A program made the position numbers and the translations under genes. 64,000 nucleotides of DNA, taken from positions 1-64,000 of the IMG/VR virus record IMGVR_UViG_3300036715_002961. The stretch is one strand, 5' to 3'. Source of the DNA: a virus. The notes under the pieces were generated by a model. It was not told the DNA's origin and made no database searches. It worked only from the letters and a program-made list of their open reading frames with translations. Numbering within the stretch: the first letter of the stretch is position 1; every line of letters begins with the position of its first letter. Positions 48,295 through 57,199 of the stretch are shown here, one piece after another.

Positions 48295-49914
48295 TTATCC
48301 TCGCAAATATCCTACTTCGACCGAGCCAAATACCTTCCAGTCCGAACGGACTCGAACGGTGTAACCAACTCCCGGGTTGACCTCGAAACGGGCCGTCGCG
48401 GGGAGAATCGAATGCACGAACGCACCGTTGTCTGCGGTAGAACCTTGAAGGTTGGCGACAAAGACAGTCGACGCGGACACGGATGGATCGACGACGACCG
48501 TTTCGGCGAGCTGACCGCCGGAAACGCCGAAGTCGACGGTGACAAATCCGGAGATCCCTCCAGAGGAACCCGGGTTCGAGACCAGCGTGTACGGCGCCGT
48601 TAGGGGGACGGACGCCCACGCCTTCGCGGATGTGTCGGCATTGTCTGTAAACTTGAAGTTAGCAGCGGCGCCCGCAATCGTCGGTCGCTGGGTGAACGCA
48701 AACTGTGCGCCGCCGCCAATGAGCACGCCAGACCCCGCACTCGTTCCGTACGTTGCCCCGGCCGACTCAAGGTTTGAAAACGGCGTGAGAACAATGCCGT
48801 TTAAGACGCCATCAAAAAACCCGCAGTTCTGAATGACAGCCGACGACCCCGTCATGAGTTTGAGGGACTCATTGTAGCGAGTCCCGCCCGCTGTTGCAGC
48901 AAATGTGCAGTCCGCGAAGGTGACGCCATTGCCAGCAAAAACTTCACAGCGGCGAATGGTGCACCAAGTGTAGAAACCATTGAGCGCAGTGGCTTGCGGA
49001 TTCAGCGAATCGAAGTAGCACTTGATGATATTCGCGGAAGATCCGCCAATCATTCCGCTGGAAAATGACCGGACCCTGCACCGCGTCATGACCGCAAAGC
49101 CAAGCGACGGGGCCGTGGGCTCGAAGACGTCAAGGGCGCCATCGGTCCCGATATCCAGAGCGTCAATCAGCAAATATGCTTGTCCGCTCCGGTACTGGGT
49201 GACGCGCAACAATCCCGGATAGACGCGAGGCAAACGCCACTCATCGTAGCTGTCGGTCGGCGGCAACGTCACATCGGGGTAGACAAATGCCGGTGGCACG
49301 AGGTCGACGTCGCAGCCCGCGTCGAGGCCCGCGACGAGCCCAGTCGCCTTGTGGACCCAGTGAAATGCGCCGTTGCTGCCGCGGATCAGCTGCCCCGGAG
49401 CGAGAGGGAAACCGACGGGGGCCGTGACCGAGGCACGCGTGTTGGCGGGCGCGCTGAGCGCCGTTGCCGCGGACCCAGCGCGGGCCGTGGCGACGATACC
49501 GTTGGCGCCAGTGATCGCGAAATACCCGCCGCCGCCGTCGATGCAAATATCGAGGTAGATTGGATCGGTATCGGGAGTGTCCGACATCACGTGCACGATC
49601 GTTTGCTGCGGGATGCGCTTACCATTAAGGCGCGCACCAAGCTCCGCCCACGTGGCGATTGCGGTCCCGCTCGTGAGCCCGTTGTTGGCGTCGTTTCCAG
49701 TCGCGGGATCGATGTACCAGGCGGCTTGCGTACTCACTGCTTGGGGAAGCGGCGTGGAGCCGCCCGACGAAGCGCCGTTGTCTACCCAGGCCGCCCCGTT
49801 GTAGGTCCACAAATGACCATCGCCAGACAACACCACCGTGTCGCCCTTCGCGGGCGACACGGGAAGGGCGGCGACGACGGCCGGCCGAAGGGCGCTGAGC
49901 AGCTCGATGGCCAT
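48295..49914 (-). CDS. Tail spike / fibre with beta-helix-like region
   Basis: LPVSPAKGD...WTYNGAAW; WYIDPATGNDANNGLT; repeating beta-helix-like central part. Confidence 0.65.
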   Translation of the reverse strand: MAIELLSALRPAVVAALPVSPAKGDTVVLSGDGHLWTYNGAAWVDNGASSGGSTPLPQAVSTQAAWYIDPATGNDANNGLTSGTAIATWAELGARLNGKRIPQQTIVHVMSDTPDTDPIYLDICIDGGGGYFAITGANGIVATARAGSAATALSAPANTRASVTAPVGFPLAPGQLIRGSNGAFHWVHKATGLVAGLDAGCDVDLVPPAFVYPDVTLPPTDSYDEWRLPRVYPGLLRVTQYRSGQAYLLIDALDIGTDGALDVFEPTAPSLGFAVMTRCRVRSFSSGMIGGSSANIIKCYFDSLNPQATALNGFYTWCTIRRCEVFAGNGVTFADCTFAATAGGTRYNESLKLMTGSSAVIQNCGFFDGVLNGIVLTPFSNLESAGATYGTSAGSGVLIGGGAQFAFTQRPTIAGAAANFKFTDNADTSAKAWASVPLTAPYTLVSNPGSSGGISGFVTVDFGVSGGQLAETVVVDPSVSASTVFVANLQGSTADNGAFVHSILPATARFEVNPGVGYTVRVRSDWKVFGSVEVGYLRG

Positions 49915-50717
49915 TACGCGATCACCACTACGGTGTATTGATTGAGAGAAGGGGCAGTCGCGAACTTGAGGCGGGTCGTGGTCGTCGAGAGGTTGATCGT
50001 TTCGACGACCACGCGGGCGCCGTCGCTAACGCGATAGACCTCAGCGATGACGTTGGTCGTTCCGAAGGCGTGATTGACGTCGAACTGCGTAGCGGCTCCA
50101 TCGCCGATCGTCGCGCTCGCGCGCTTCGCGAGGCCGGGATAGCCGGCGAGGGTCGACGGGGTGACCGCGCGGACCGCGTCGACACCAGCGTTGACCTCGA
50201 TCGAGGTCGCCAGCTCGACGATGCCGGCGACGGTCGTGGAGGCCGCGGGGACGGCCGCGGTGAGGTTCGTGAACGCGAGGGCCGAGACGTCGACGACTGG
50301 GTTCTGAGTCGACAAAAACCAGCGCGTACCCGCGTTAGTCGAACCTTCTTCGACCGGGACGACTGAGCCTTCAATCTCGGCGGTCGCGTCGAAATCGGTC
50401 GCTCGCGGCATCGCAGCGGCCGCGCCGTTCCAAATGCGAATGCCGTTTTCGGAGGGGGTCGTCTGGTTCGCGAGCAGGACGCGATCGCCAACCGAGAGCG
50501 CGACTCCGTCGAGGCTAGCGCCCGGGGAGGCGATGTTGACGTTTCCCGGCGGTAGGACGCGCACTGCGTCTTTCCAGGCGAGCAGGTTGACCGCTGCGGC
50601 AATGGCCGTGTCGACGTACGATTTGCTGGTCGCGTCGCCCGCGCTCACGGGCGTAGGCAGGTTTGTGATCTTCGCCGAGTTGTTCAGGTCGAAGTCGGAA
50701 AGTACTGAAATCGGCAT
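49914..50717 (-). CDS. Fibre / decoration protein
   Basis: ITNLPTPVSAGDATSKSYVD; WKDAVRV...GDRVLLANQT...ENGI; GIVELATSIEV; C-terminal HAFGT domain. Confidence 0.7.
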   Translation of the reverse strand: MPISVLSDFDLNNSAKITNLPTPVSAGDATSKSYVDTAIAAAVNLLAWKDAVRVLPPGNVNIASPGASLDGVALSVGDRVLLANQTTPSENGIRIWNGAAAAMPRATDFDATAEIEGSVVPVEEGSTNAGTRWFLSTQNPVVDVSALAFTNLTAAVPAASTTVAGIVELATSIEVNAGVDAVRAVTPSTLAGYPGLAKRASATIGDGAATQFDVNHAFGTTNVIAEVYRVSDGARVVVETINLSTTTTRLKFATAPSLNQYTVVVIA

Positions 50718-50722
50718 AGGAT

Positions 50723-50781
50723 CCTCAACTGAGATGGGCGGTACCGGCGAACCTCAACTGAGATGGGCGGTACCGGCGAAC
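50723..50781. repeat. 29-bp exact tandem duplication
   Basis: CCTCAACTGAGATGGGCGGTACCGGCGAA twice, duplicating the gene end FAGTAHLS-stop. Confidence 0.95.
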
Positions 50782-51476
50782 GGCTGGTTGAACCGAACTT
50801 CGAGAACGTTGTTTGAGAGATGGAATATTTCGGTGCTCACAGACAGGCCGCCGACGGACACGACGCCGACGGAGGGGCGAAATCCGAAATTGTGGGCGAT
50901 GGTCCACACCGCGAGAGGATCCGCAGCCACAAAGTCGAGGGTTTTTCCCGACGGGCCGGGCGGCCCTTGGGGTCCGGGGACGCCGCGAAGGGCGTTGGAC
51001 GGAACGACGACCGGCGGGCAATCCGGGGCTGAAATCACTACAACGGGCTCGTCGGGATTCGGATGCGAGTACGTGGGCCCGTTCGCCGCGCACTCGCAAA
51101 TGTGCCCCCCGTCGACGTCGTCGTCGGCGAGAACCACAAACGTCTGAACACTGGTTCGCGCGGGCCCGGTCGGCGTGAATACTTCCAGCCACAAACGCCA
51201 AACGCCGATTTCGTCAAGGTCGCCGTCTTGCAGCTCGCGCGAAAAAACCGCTTGCTGCGAGGTCGCCTCGACCAGGTCGACCGACCAGATTTTTTGCGTA
51301 CCAGACGGTTTCGTGACGTAGGCCGCACCGCCAGTAATCGCCGCCGGGTCGAGCGGCGGGAAGGGCGCGCGCGGGTTCGGCGGCGGGCGCGGAACAACGA
51401 TCGGGATGCGGTAGCCCACGCCCATCGATGGGCGGTAGGCAGCGCCCGGTTTGAGTTTGCAGCCACATGATCGCAT
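50754..51476 (-). CDS. Structural protein: BppU-like N-domain, short collagen repeat, small C-terminal beta domain
   Basis: YVTKPSG...GDLDEIGVWRL; GVPGPQGPPGPSG; WTIAHNFGFRPSV. Confidence 0.65.
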   Translation of the reverse strand: MRSCGCKLKPGAAYRPSMGVGYRIPIVVPRPPPNPRAPFPPLDPAAITGGAAYVTKPSGTQKIWSVDLVEATSQQAVFSRELQDGDLDEIGVWRLWLEVFTPTGPARTSVQTFVVLADDDVDGGHICECAANGPTYSHPNPDEPVVVISAPDCPPVVVPSNALRGVPGPQGPPGPSGKTLDFVAADPLAVWTIAHNFGFRPSVGVVSVGGLSVSTEIFHLSNNVLEVRFNQPFAGTAHLS

Positions 51477-51528
51477 GGGCTGGATGATACTCGACGGGAA
51501 CCCGGGTTCCCGTCGAGCGGGGGCGATT

Positions 51529-51831
51529 TCAGTCGACGCAGCGGACCGTGCCGCAGCTCCGAACCGCGGCGCGAGTAGGCGCAGCGGCGAGGCATTCGGG
51601 CTTGAGGTCGATATGCGTGTTCGCACGGGCGCGAGCGCATACCTGGTAGCAGGTCAAACCCGCGTCGACTGGCGCTAATTCGGGGCAACCGAGGGCGCGC
51701 AGGTTGTCGCAGGCTCGCGCGCAGATAGCGCTAGGGCGCGCGTCTACCTCGTCGGGGGGCGAGGATGGCGAGCCGGCGCACGCGACGAGCAGAAAGGCGA
51801 CCAGGGGGATCGAATCGAAGAGGCGCTTCAT
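51529..51831 (-). CDS. Cys-rich lipoprotein
   Basis: MKRLFDSIPLVAFLLVAC lipobox; eight further Cys residues; ATGA-coupled to the protease. Confidence 0.7.
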   Translation of the reverse strand: MKRLFDSIPLVAFLLVACAGSPSSPPDEVDARPSAICARACDNLRALGCPELAPVDAGLTCYQVCARARANTHIDLKPECLAAAPTRAAVRSCGTVRCVD

Positions 51832-52607
51832 GGGGCGACCTGTACCACGTAGAGATCGCAAGTTCCGGGGTCGAGGATCCGGGCCTCGTCGAACCATACG
51901 AACCCGCCGTCGGCCCACTGGTCACCCCACGAATTGAGGATCCGGAAACGCGTGCCGTTGGCGTCGGTTTCGTAGCCAACGCACGCGAGCATGTGCCGGC
52001 CGAGTTCTTCACCGTCGAAGGCTCCGATGGGCTTTTTGCCGGTCGCGTCCTCGAATGCCTGGTCGACGCGGATCGCGAAAATGACCGGGTAGCCACGCGA
52101 GAGGGCGTGGCGCATTTCATCGACGCGAGTGCGGCCGACCGAATCGATCCGGTACCAGGCGGGGAGACTCGCGGCGCCGCCGGCTTGTAGGACGTCCATG
52201 GGCAGCGGTTCGAGGACGCGCTCGGCGTAGTCGGCGTCGAACGGCCAAACTCGCTCAGGCGGGACGCCGAAGTCGCGAACGGCGCGAAACAGCGTCCGCG
52301 CGGCGGTCCCCTCGTCGACCAGCGGTTCGGAGGCGGGCTTGTCGTAGAGGCGGGCGAGGGCGTAGAGCGCGAGGGCGGATGCCTCGGATCGGAATGCGCC
52401 AAGGCGGCGAAGGCGGACGTCGATCGCCGCAGCGGTGGCCTGGCCGACGCACGACGACGAGCCGAGCTGGTCGCGAACGCGCGCGACGTAGGGGGTCAAA
52501 TCGGCGCGCGCGGGGAGGAACACGAACGCGCCGAAATGAGCGCGGGTTGAGGGGGAATCGTCGGGGGAGTCGTCGATGATGTGGCCGTAGCCGCGTTTGA
52601 TGTTCAC
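51828..52607 (-). CDS. Papain-like (C1) cysteine peptidase
   Basis: DQLGSSSC, GRHMLACVGY, ILNSWGDQWADGGF. Confidence 0.9.
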   Translation of the reverse strand: MNIKRGYGHIIDDSPDDSPSTRAHFGAFVFLPARADLTPYVARVRDQLGSSSCVGQATAAAIDVRLRRLGAFRSEASALALYALARLYDKPASEPLVDEGTAARTLFRAVRDFGVPPERVWPFDADYAERVLEPLPMDVLQAGGAASLPAWYRIDSVGRTRVDEMRHALSRGYPVIFAIRVDQAFEDATGKKPIGAFDGEELGRHMLACVGYETDANGTRFRILNSWGDQWADGGFVWFDEARILDPGTCDLYVVQVAP

Positions 52608-52627
52608 GCGGCTACGGTATCAAATCG

Positions 52628-53398
52628 CTACGTCGCGAACCGATTTAGGCGGACTTCGGCGTGCCCCCCCTTTCGGGGTTTCATGTGGGAAACGAGGTCG
52701 GGGAAGCGAGCGACCAGATCGTCTGCCGCCGCCCTTGAGGTCTCGTGAGAGCGACCGAATGCCATGCAGCCGCCAGCCTCGACGCGGGCGCGGTTTTTTG
52801 GAGCCAGGTCGTTGAAGCGAACCACGGCGCGATCGTCGAGCCAGTAGAAGATGGTGCGCTCAATGTCGTCTTTGACGGGGACGGTCAAGCGATGCCGGCG
52901 GTCGTTGACGATTCCGTGCAAGGTTCCGATGATCGAGCGAAGGTCGAACGTCACGCCGCCGCCCATGAAATAGGGATTGAATAGCGGATACAGGCCCCAG
53001 ATCCGCGCGCGGGCGGCCGCACATACTTCGAACCCGGCATTGAAGACGCCGACCAGGTCGTTGACCTTCGAGAACGCGTTCGAGTTCTTTTCCGGGGATG
53101 CATAGACGGAATCGACGTCGTCGTCGCTTTGAACGATGAGGGCGCCATCTGGGAAGTAGTCGGTGATGAAGTTCCTTTGAGCCGTGAGCCCTTTCACGCC
53201 GACGACGAGTAGCCCATAGGAGTCCCGCGGGACGGCACACGCGTAGGCCGCGCGCTCCGCTTCGTCAGCGACAAAGATGTAAATGCGCTCGCGCTCGACA
53301 CCGCCCGCGCGAAGGGTTTGGAGGGCGCGACAGTCGATCAGGCTCGCGCGTTGGTAGCTCGGAATCGCCACTACCCAGTCAGTCGGATCGGAAATCAT
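52628..53398 (-). CDS. TET-associated GT-A glycosyltransferase
   Basis: AIPSYQRA, QRNFITDYF, QSDDDV (DxD), KDDIERT, GGC. Confidence 0.8.
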   Translation of the reverse strand: MISDPTDWVVAIPSYQRASLIDCRALQTLRAGGVERERIYIFVADEAERAAYACAVPRDSYGLLVVGVKGLTAQRNFITDYFPDGALIVQSDDDVDSVYASPEKNSNAFSKVNDLVGVFNAGFEVCAAARARIWGLYPLFNPYFMGGGVTFDLRSIIGTLHGIVNDRRHRLTVPVKDDIERTIFYWLDDRAVVRFNDLAPKNRARVEAGGCMAFGRSHETSRAAADDLVARFPDLVSHMKPRKGGHAEVRLNRFAT

Positions 53399-54069
53399 TG
53401 GAGGATCCCTCGTACAAGCCAGAATGCTTCCGCGGCCGCTTCCCCGACCTCTTCGCCTCGCGTTTCCGCCCATCGACGTACGCGGTCGACCGTGAGCCAG
53501 GTTCCCGGTCGGGCGAACTGGCTCTCGTAAGCAGCGCACGCGGCGAGCTTCGCGGATAGGTCGGCCGGCGAGAGCGGGAACAGGAACTTGCCGCCGGGAA
53601 GCTCGGGGGCGGGCCATACCGCCGCGTACGGGTATTCGTAGAGGGCGAGCATGACGCCGATGGTCGCCTCGCGCGGGCGTAGGGCCGCGAGAGTCGCGCG
53701 ATAGACGGCCTGGTGGTCTTGGTGGTGAGAGGCGTAGGCGACGAAAATTGACGTCGGGCGGAACTCGTCGATCCGGGCGTCAATCGACCCGACTAGATCG
53801 CGCTGGGCGACCATGTCGAGGCGCGATTGACGGTCGAGGCCCGCGGGGACGATGGCCCAGTCCTCTTCGGCTAGACCGAGGGCGCGCATGGAGGCGCGGA
53901 CCTCGTCGAGCGTTTGAACGGCACGACGCACGGGAGTCTCCCCGAAACTCAGGAAATCGACGCAACATTGCTTCCCTGCGCGCGTTTTGGCGGCGAGAAG
54001 GCCGCCGCAACCGAGCGCTTCGTCGTCGGCGTGGGGGGCGAGAACCAAGATCCGATCATCCCATCTCAT
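53395..54069 (-). CDS. PIG-L/LmbE family N-deacetylase
   Basis: VLAPHADDEALGCGG, HHQDH, K...YESQ, AEAF. Confidence 0.9.
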   Translation of the reverse strand: MRWDDRILVLAPHADDEALGCGGLLAAKTRAGKQCCVDFLSFGETPVRRAVQTLDEVRASMRALGLAEEDWAIVPAGLDRQSRLDMVAQRDLVGSIDARIDEFRPTSIFVAYASHHQDHQAVYRATLAALRPREATIGVMLALYEYPYAAVWPAPELPGGKFLFPLSPADLSAKLAACAAYESQFARPGTWLTVDRVRRWAETRGEEVGEAAAEAFWLVRGILQ

Positions 54070-54971
54070 TCGCCGATCTCCAGTGATTGACCGTCGCGTA
54101 GTTCCTTGAGCCGTTCGTTCGGATCGACGCAATCGAGCATCTTTTCGCGCATGTAATAGACGACGGAAATCCGTTCTGCGTCCTCGGATTCCGAGACCAT
54201 GTCGGTGACACCGTGCCACTCGTGCGAGTTGAAAAACAGCACGTCTCCATCTTGGAGATCGACCGCGACACCGTATTCAGGGAATCCGAGAAGCGCGCCC
54301 GTGTACTTGCCCCGGCGGACCATGGAGATCACGCCGAATCCGTCTTTGAAGTCGCCTTTGTCCGTGTGGGTTCCGCTCGGCGCCGTGTTGTTGTTGACGG
54401 TCAGTGTCGTGAAGGGCGTCCCGGAAATGACGAACTCGGAGCGACAACGATCGCAGGCGGTGAGCTGGGCCTTGTAGCGGCTCGGCGAGGTCCGCTTGAA
54501 GAGGTCCGCGACGTGCGTGATCATCGGCATGATCGTCTGCCACTTTTCAGGCTCTTGCGCATTGAACGAGGTCTCGCGGCAGAACGGGAATCGGCCGCCT
54601 TGGCGATCGAAGTATCCGATGATTGCGGACGCAACAGCCACGAGGTGTCCGTTGGCATCACGCGTCTCTGTGTTTTTGCCAACGGTTCCATCCGCGAATA
54701 CTTTACGGGGACGTTTGGCACCCGCATATGCACCGCGATTCGTCGATTTCCGCTTACGTAGATCGTGGAGGGCGGGGTAAGCGCCATCGGTCAGCTCGAC
54801 GGGGATGGCCCTACGACGGAGCATCAGCAATGGCGCTCCGTCGGGCTTATAAACGTCCGCATCGCCGGTGAGCAGAACGGGGAGGTCGGAGGCCGAAAGC
54901 AGCTTACCGGCGAATACAGACGCACCGCCGGCGACGCGAGAGCGGAGTTGAAGCACGGGGACGGCGGTCAT
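54066..54971 (-). CDS. TET/JBP family 2OG-Fe(II) 5-methylpyrimidine dioxygenase
   Basis: PFTTLTVN, HTDKGD (HxD), GDVLFFNSHEWHGVT, RISVVYYMREKM. Confidence 0.88.
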   Translation of the reverse strand: MTAVPVLQLRSRVAGGASVFAGKLLSASDLPVLLTGDADVYKPDGAPLLMLRRRAIPVELTDGAYPALHDLRKRKSTNRGAYAGAKRPRKVFADGTVGKNTETRDANGHLVAVASAIIGYFDRQGGRFPFCRETSFNAQEPEKWQTIMPMITHVADLFKRTSPSRYKAQLTACDRCRSEFVISGTPFTTLTVNNNTAPSGTHTDKGDFKDGFGVISMVRRGKYTGALLGFPEYGVAVDLQDGDVLFFNSHEWHGVTDMVSESEDAERISVVYYMREKMLDCVDPNERLKELRDGQSLEIGE

Positions 54972-55591
54972 TGGATCGCCTTTCGAAGCGCCGCAAGGAC
55001 GGTTTGAGAGAGGTCGGTCGTTTGGAGCTTCGCCGCGGCGCGCTTCGCGAGGGCGATGAACTCGGTGTGTTCCGGTTTTTGGAACAGAACCGAAACCAGG
55101 TTGACCGTGGTCTTGGCGGGGTCGAGTGAGACAGCTGGGAACCCGGGTTCCCTCGCGGGCGCGGGGACGTCGACGGGAATTTCGGGGATCCCCAGCTCAA
55201 GAAAAAATTCGTCGCCGTCGATGGGGACCTCCATGCCGTCGAGCATCGCGCGCAACAGAGCCGGATCGAACGCGCCGCGCTTCGCGTTGAGTTTGATCGT
55301 CAACGCTTTCGCCTGCACTTCGGTCAGGTCGTGCAGCTCGACGACTGGGCCGACGAGGAAACCGAGTTCCCGGGCGGCGCGCCATCGGTGCTCGCCGTCG
55401 ATGATGAGATCGCGGCGCTCGCCGGTCTCGTCGGTAGCCCAAACGAGCAGGGCCTGGGAGGCGATCCATCCGTCGTTGCGGAGGCCGTGAACAAGCGCGG
55501 CGCGCTCGCGCGCGCTCATGCGGTTGGGGTTCCATGGGTTCGGATTGAGCGAGAGAAGCGGCAGATTTTTGGCGGGTTGCATCGGTTTCAC
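54968..55591 (-). CDS. ParB-like protein (ParB/Srx domain + possible RHH-like C-terminus)
   Basis: PNPWNPNRM, IIDGEHRW, LNAKRG. Confidence 0.85.
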   Translation of the reverse strand: MKPMQPAKNLPLLSLNPNPWNPNRMSARERAALVHGLRNDGWIASQALLVWATDETGERRDLIIDGEHRWRAARELGFLVGPVVELHDLTEVQAKALTIKLNAKRGAFDPALLRAMLDGMEVPIDGDEFFLELGIPEIPVDVPAPAREPGFPAVSLDPAKTTVNLVSVLFQKPEHTEFIALAKRAAAKLQTTDLSQTVLAALRKAIQ

Positions 55592-56250
55592 GTGTCACCT
55601 ACGACGAGCTTGAGGGCCGAGAGGATGGTTTCGGGGACGGGGCGGCCGGCGATCAACGCGCGGAACTCGGCGTGCTCGGGGACGTCGAAAAACAGCTGCA
55701 CGTTGACGACGGCGGGCCGGGTCGACTGATGATCTTCGCCGACGGCGAACACAGGCGCGGCGGCGCCAATGGAGCTTTCCTCAGCCTGGATTTCCAGGGG
55801 CGCGACGGCGAGCATTTGCATGAGGCTCTCGCGCTCGATGCCAAGGTCGAGGCCGAGATCTTCGGATCCGAGGGCGAACTGAATCTCGCGAACAAGCGCT
55901 TCGAGACTCTCGCGTTTGAAGGTCCCGCGCTTCGAGTTGAGCTTGATCGTGAGCTTCTTTGCGTCGTTTTCGGAGAGGCCTTCGAGGCGGACGATCGGCC
56001 CTTCAACGATGCCGAGGCCGGTCGCCGCGCGCCATCGGTGCTCGCCGTCGATGATGAGATCGCGGCGCTCGCCGGTGGCGTCCGTGCTCCAAACGAGCAG
56101 GGCCTGGGAGGCGATCCAACCGTCGTTGCGAAGGCCAGCTTCGAGGCTCTCGCGCTCGAACTCGGTCATGCGGTTAGGGTTCCACGGGTTCGGCCGGAAC
56201 TGGTCGAGCAGTTCGTTCTGGCAGTTGCCGATGATTTTCTGGGTCGTCAT
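55588..56250 (-). CDS. ParB-like protein, paralogue
   Basis: PNPWNPNRM, IIDGEHRW, LNSKRG. Confidence 0.85.
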   Translation of the reverse strand: MTTQKIIGNCQNELLDQFRPNPWNPNRMTEFERESLEAGLRNDGWIASQALLVWSTDATGERRDLIIDGEHRWRAATGLGIVEGPIVRLEGLSENDAKKLTIKLNSKRGTFKRESLEALVREIQFALGSEDLGLDLGIERESLMQMLAVAPLEIQAEESSIGAAAPVFAVGEDHQSTRPAVVNVQLFFDVPEHAEFRALIAGRPVPETILSALKLVVGDT

Positions 56251-56283
56251 AGGTTGCGCCTTCGGGTTGATTGCATTTGCGGG

Positions 56284-56412
56284 TTAGTTCACGAAAAAAG
56301 CCGAAATCCGTTGAAAATCGGCTCGGTCGAGTTGTACGAATCGGGCGAGAGCTTCGACGGCGGGCCGATTCGTTCGCCAGACGCGCTGGATCCATTCAAG
56401 TTTGATTTGCAT
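56284..56412 (-). CDS. Small hypothetical ORF (42 aa)
   Basis: MQIKLEWIQRVW; fills the gap between ParB-fold genes. Confidence 0.3.
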   Translation of the reverse strand: MQIKLEWIQRVWRTNRPAVEALARFVQLDRADFQRISAFFVN

Positions 56413-56854
56413 CGGGGGGCGCGTCGAGGTCGATGAGGCGGGCCGAGACAAAATCGCCGCCGGCGAGCCACGCGGCGGTGGTCCGATGATGGCCGTCGTG
56501 GAGGTAGTTTTTGCCGCCGGCGCGCACCACGATCGGGACGTCGACGAGGGCGCCATGGCCGACGGCGCGGCGGCCGGGGACGATCTCGACGTCGCCGCGC
56601 TCGTACTGCATGAGGCGCGAGTCGCTGACGGTTCGTTGAATCGCCATGAGCGAGGCGATCTCGACCTCGACGACGGGGGCCGTCAGCGTGCGAGCGGCGA
56701 TGGCCGCGTCGGCGATGAGCGCCTTGTAGGCATCGCGGTCGGCGACGGGGAACGGGACCAACAACCGACCGCCGTCGGCCTCGTTGAGGTAGCGGGCGGG
56801 GTCGGGTAGGACGCCCCGTTGAGCCCATAAAACGAATGCAGAACGCGGTTTCAC
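56396..56854 (-). CDS. ParB/Srx-fold protein
   Basis: LMAIQRTV...PIVV...YLHDGHHR. Confidence 0.7.
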   Translation of the reverse strand: MKPRSAFVLWAQRGVLPDPARYLNEADGGRLLVPFPVADRDAYKALIADAAIAARTLTAPVVEVEIASLMAIQRTVSDSRLMQYERGDVEIVPGRRAVGHGALVDVPIVVRAGGKNYLHDGHHRTTAAWLAGGDFVSARLIDLDAPPDANQT

Positions 56855-56863
56855 GCCGCGACC

Positions 56864-57199
56864 CTAGCGAGGAGTCGCAACGCTTGTAAACCAGTCTCCA
56901 AACGCCTCCCCGTGGCGCCACGCGCGGACGATGACAAATGCGGCCGAGTCGAGTCGAGCGCCCGTCGGTTCATCGCCGACCAGCTGCCCCGCGAAAACCA
57001 TAGTCGACGCGAACAGGTGCGGCGACGGGCGGGTTCCTCGACCGATGCGCGCCTCCATGAGCAGAACCCATGCGCAGGCGAAGTTCGCGAGGGCCGGGTC
57101 GTTCTGCGAAACGTCTTGGTACCAAAGGATAAGGGCTTGAAAATCGGTCAATTTTTCGTCCCGCGGGTGGGAGGGGAAAACCAGCCGCCACCGGTCCAA
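56864..57199 (-). CDS. Hypothetical protein
   Basis: Protein-like ORF; C-terminal AWRHGEAFGDW. Confidence 0.5.
   Translation of the reverse strand: MDRWRLVFPSHPRDEKLTDFQALILWYQDVSQNDPALANFACAWVLLMEARIGRGTRPSPHLFASTMVFAGQLVGDEPTGARLDSAAFVIVRAWRHGEAFGDWFTSVATPR

Noticed and set aside
13671-51476. Diversity-generating retroelement or invertible fibre cassette
   Set aside because: No reverse transcriptase, invertase or template/variable repeat pair was seen.
54968-56250. Classical ParABS plasmid-prophage partition system
   Set aside because: No ParA in the window, and the ParBs are coupled to the TET operon. Cannot be excluded outside the window.
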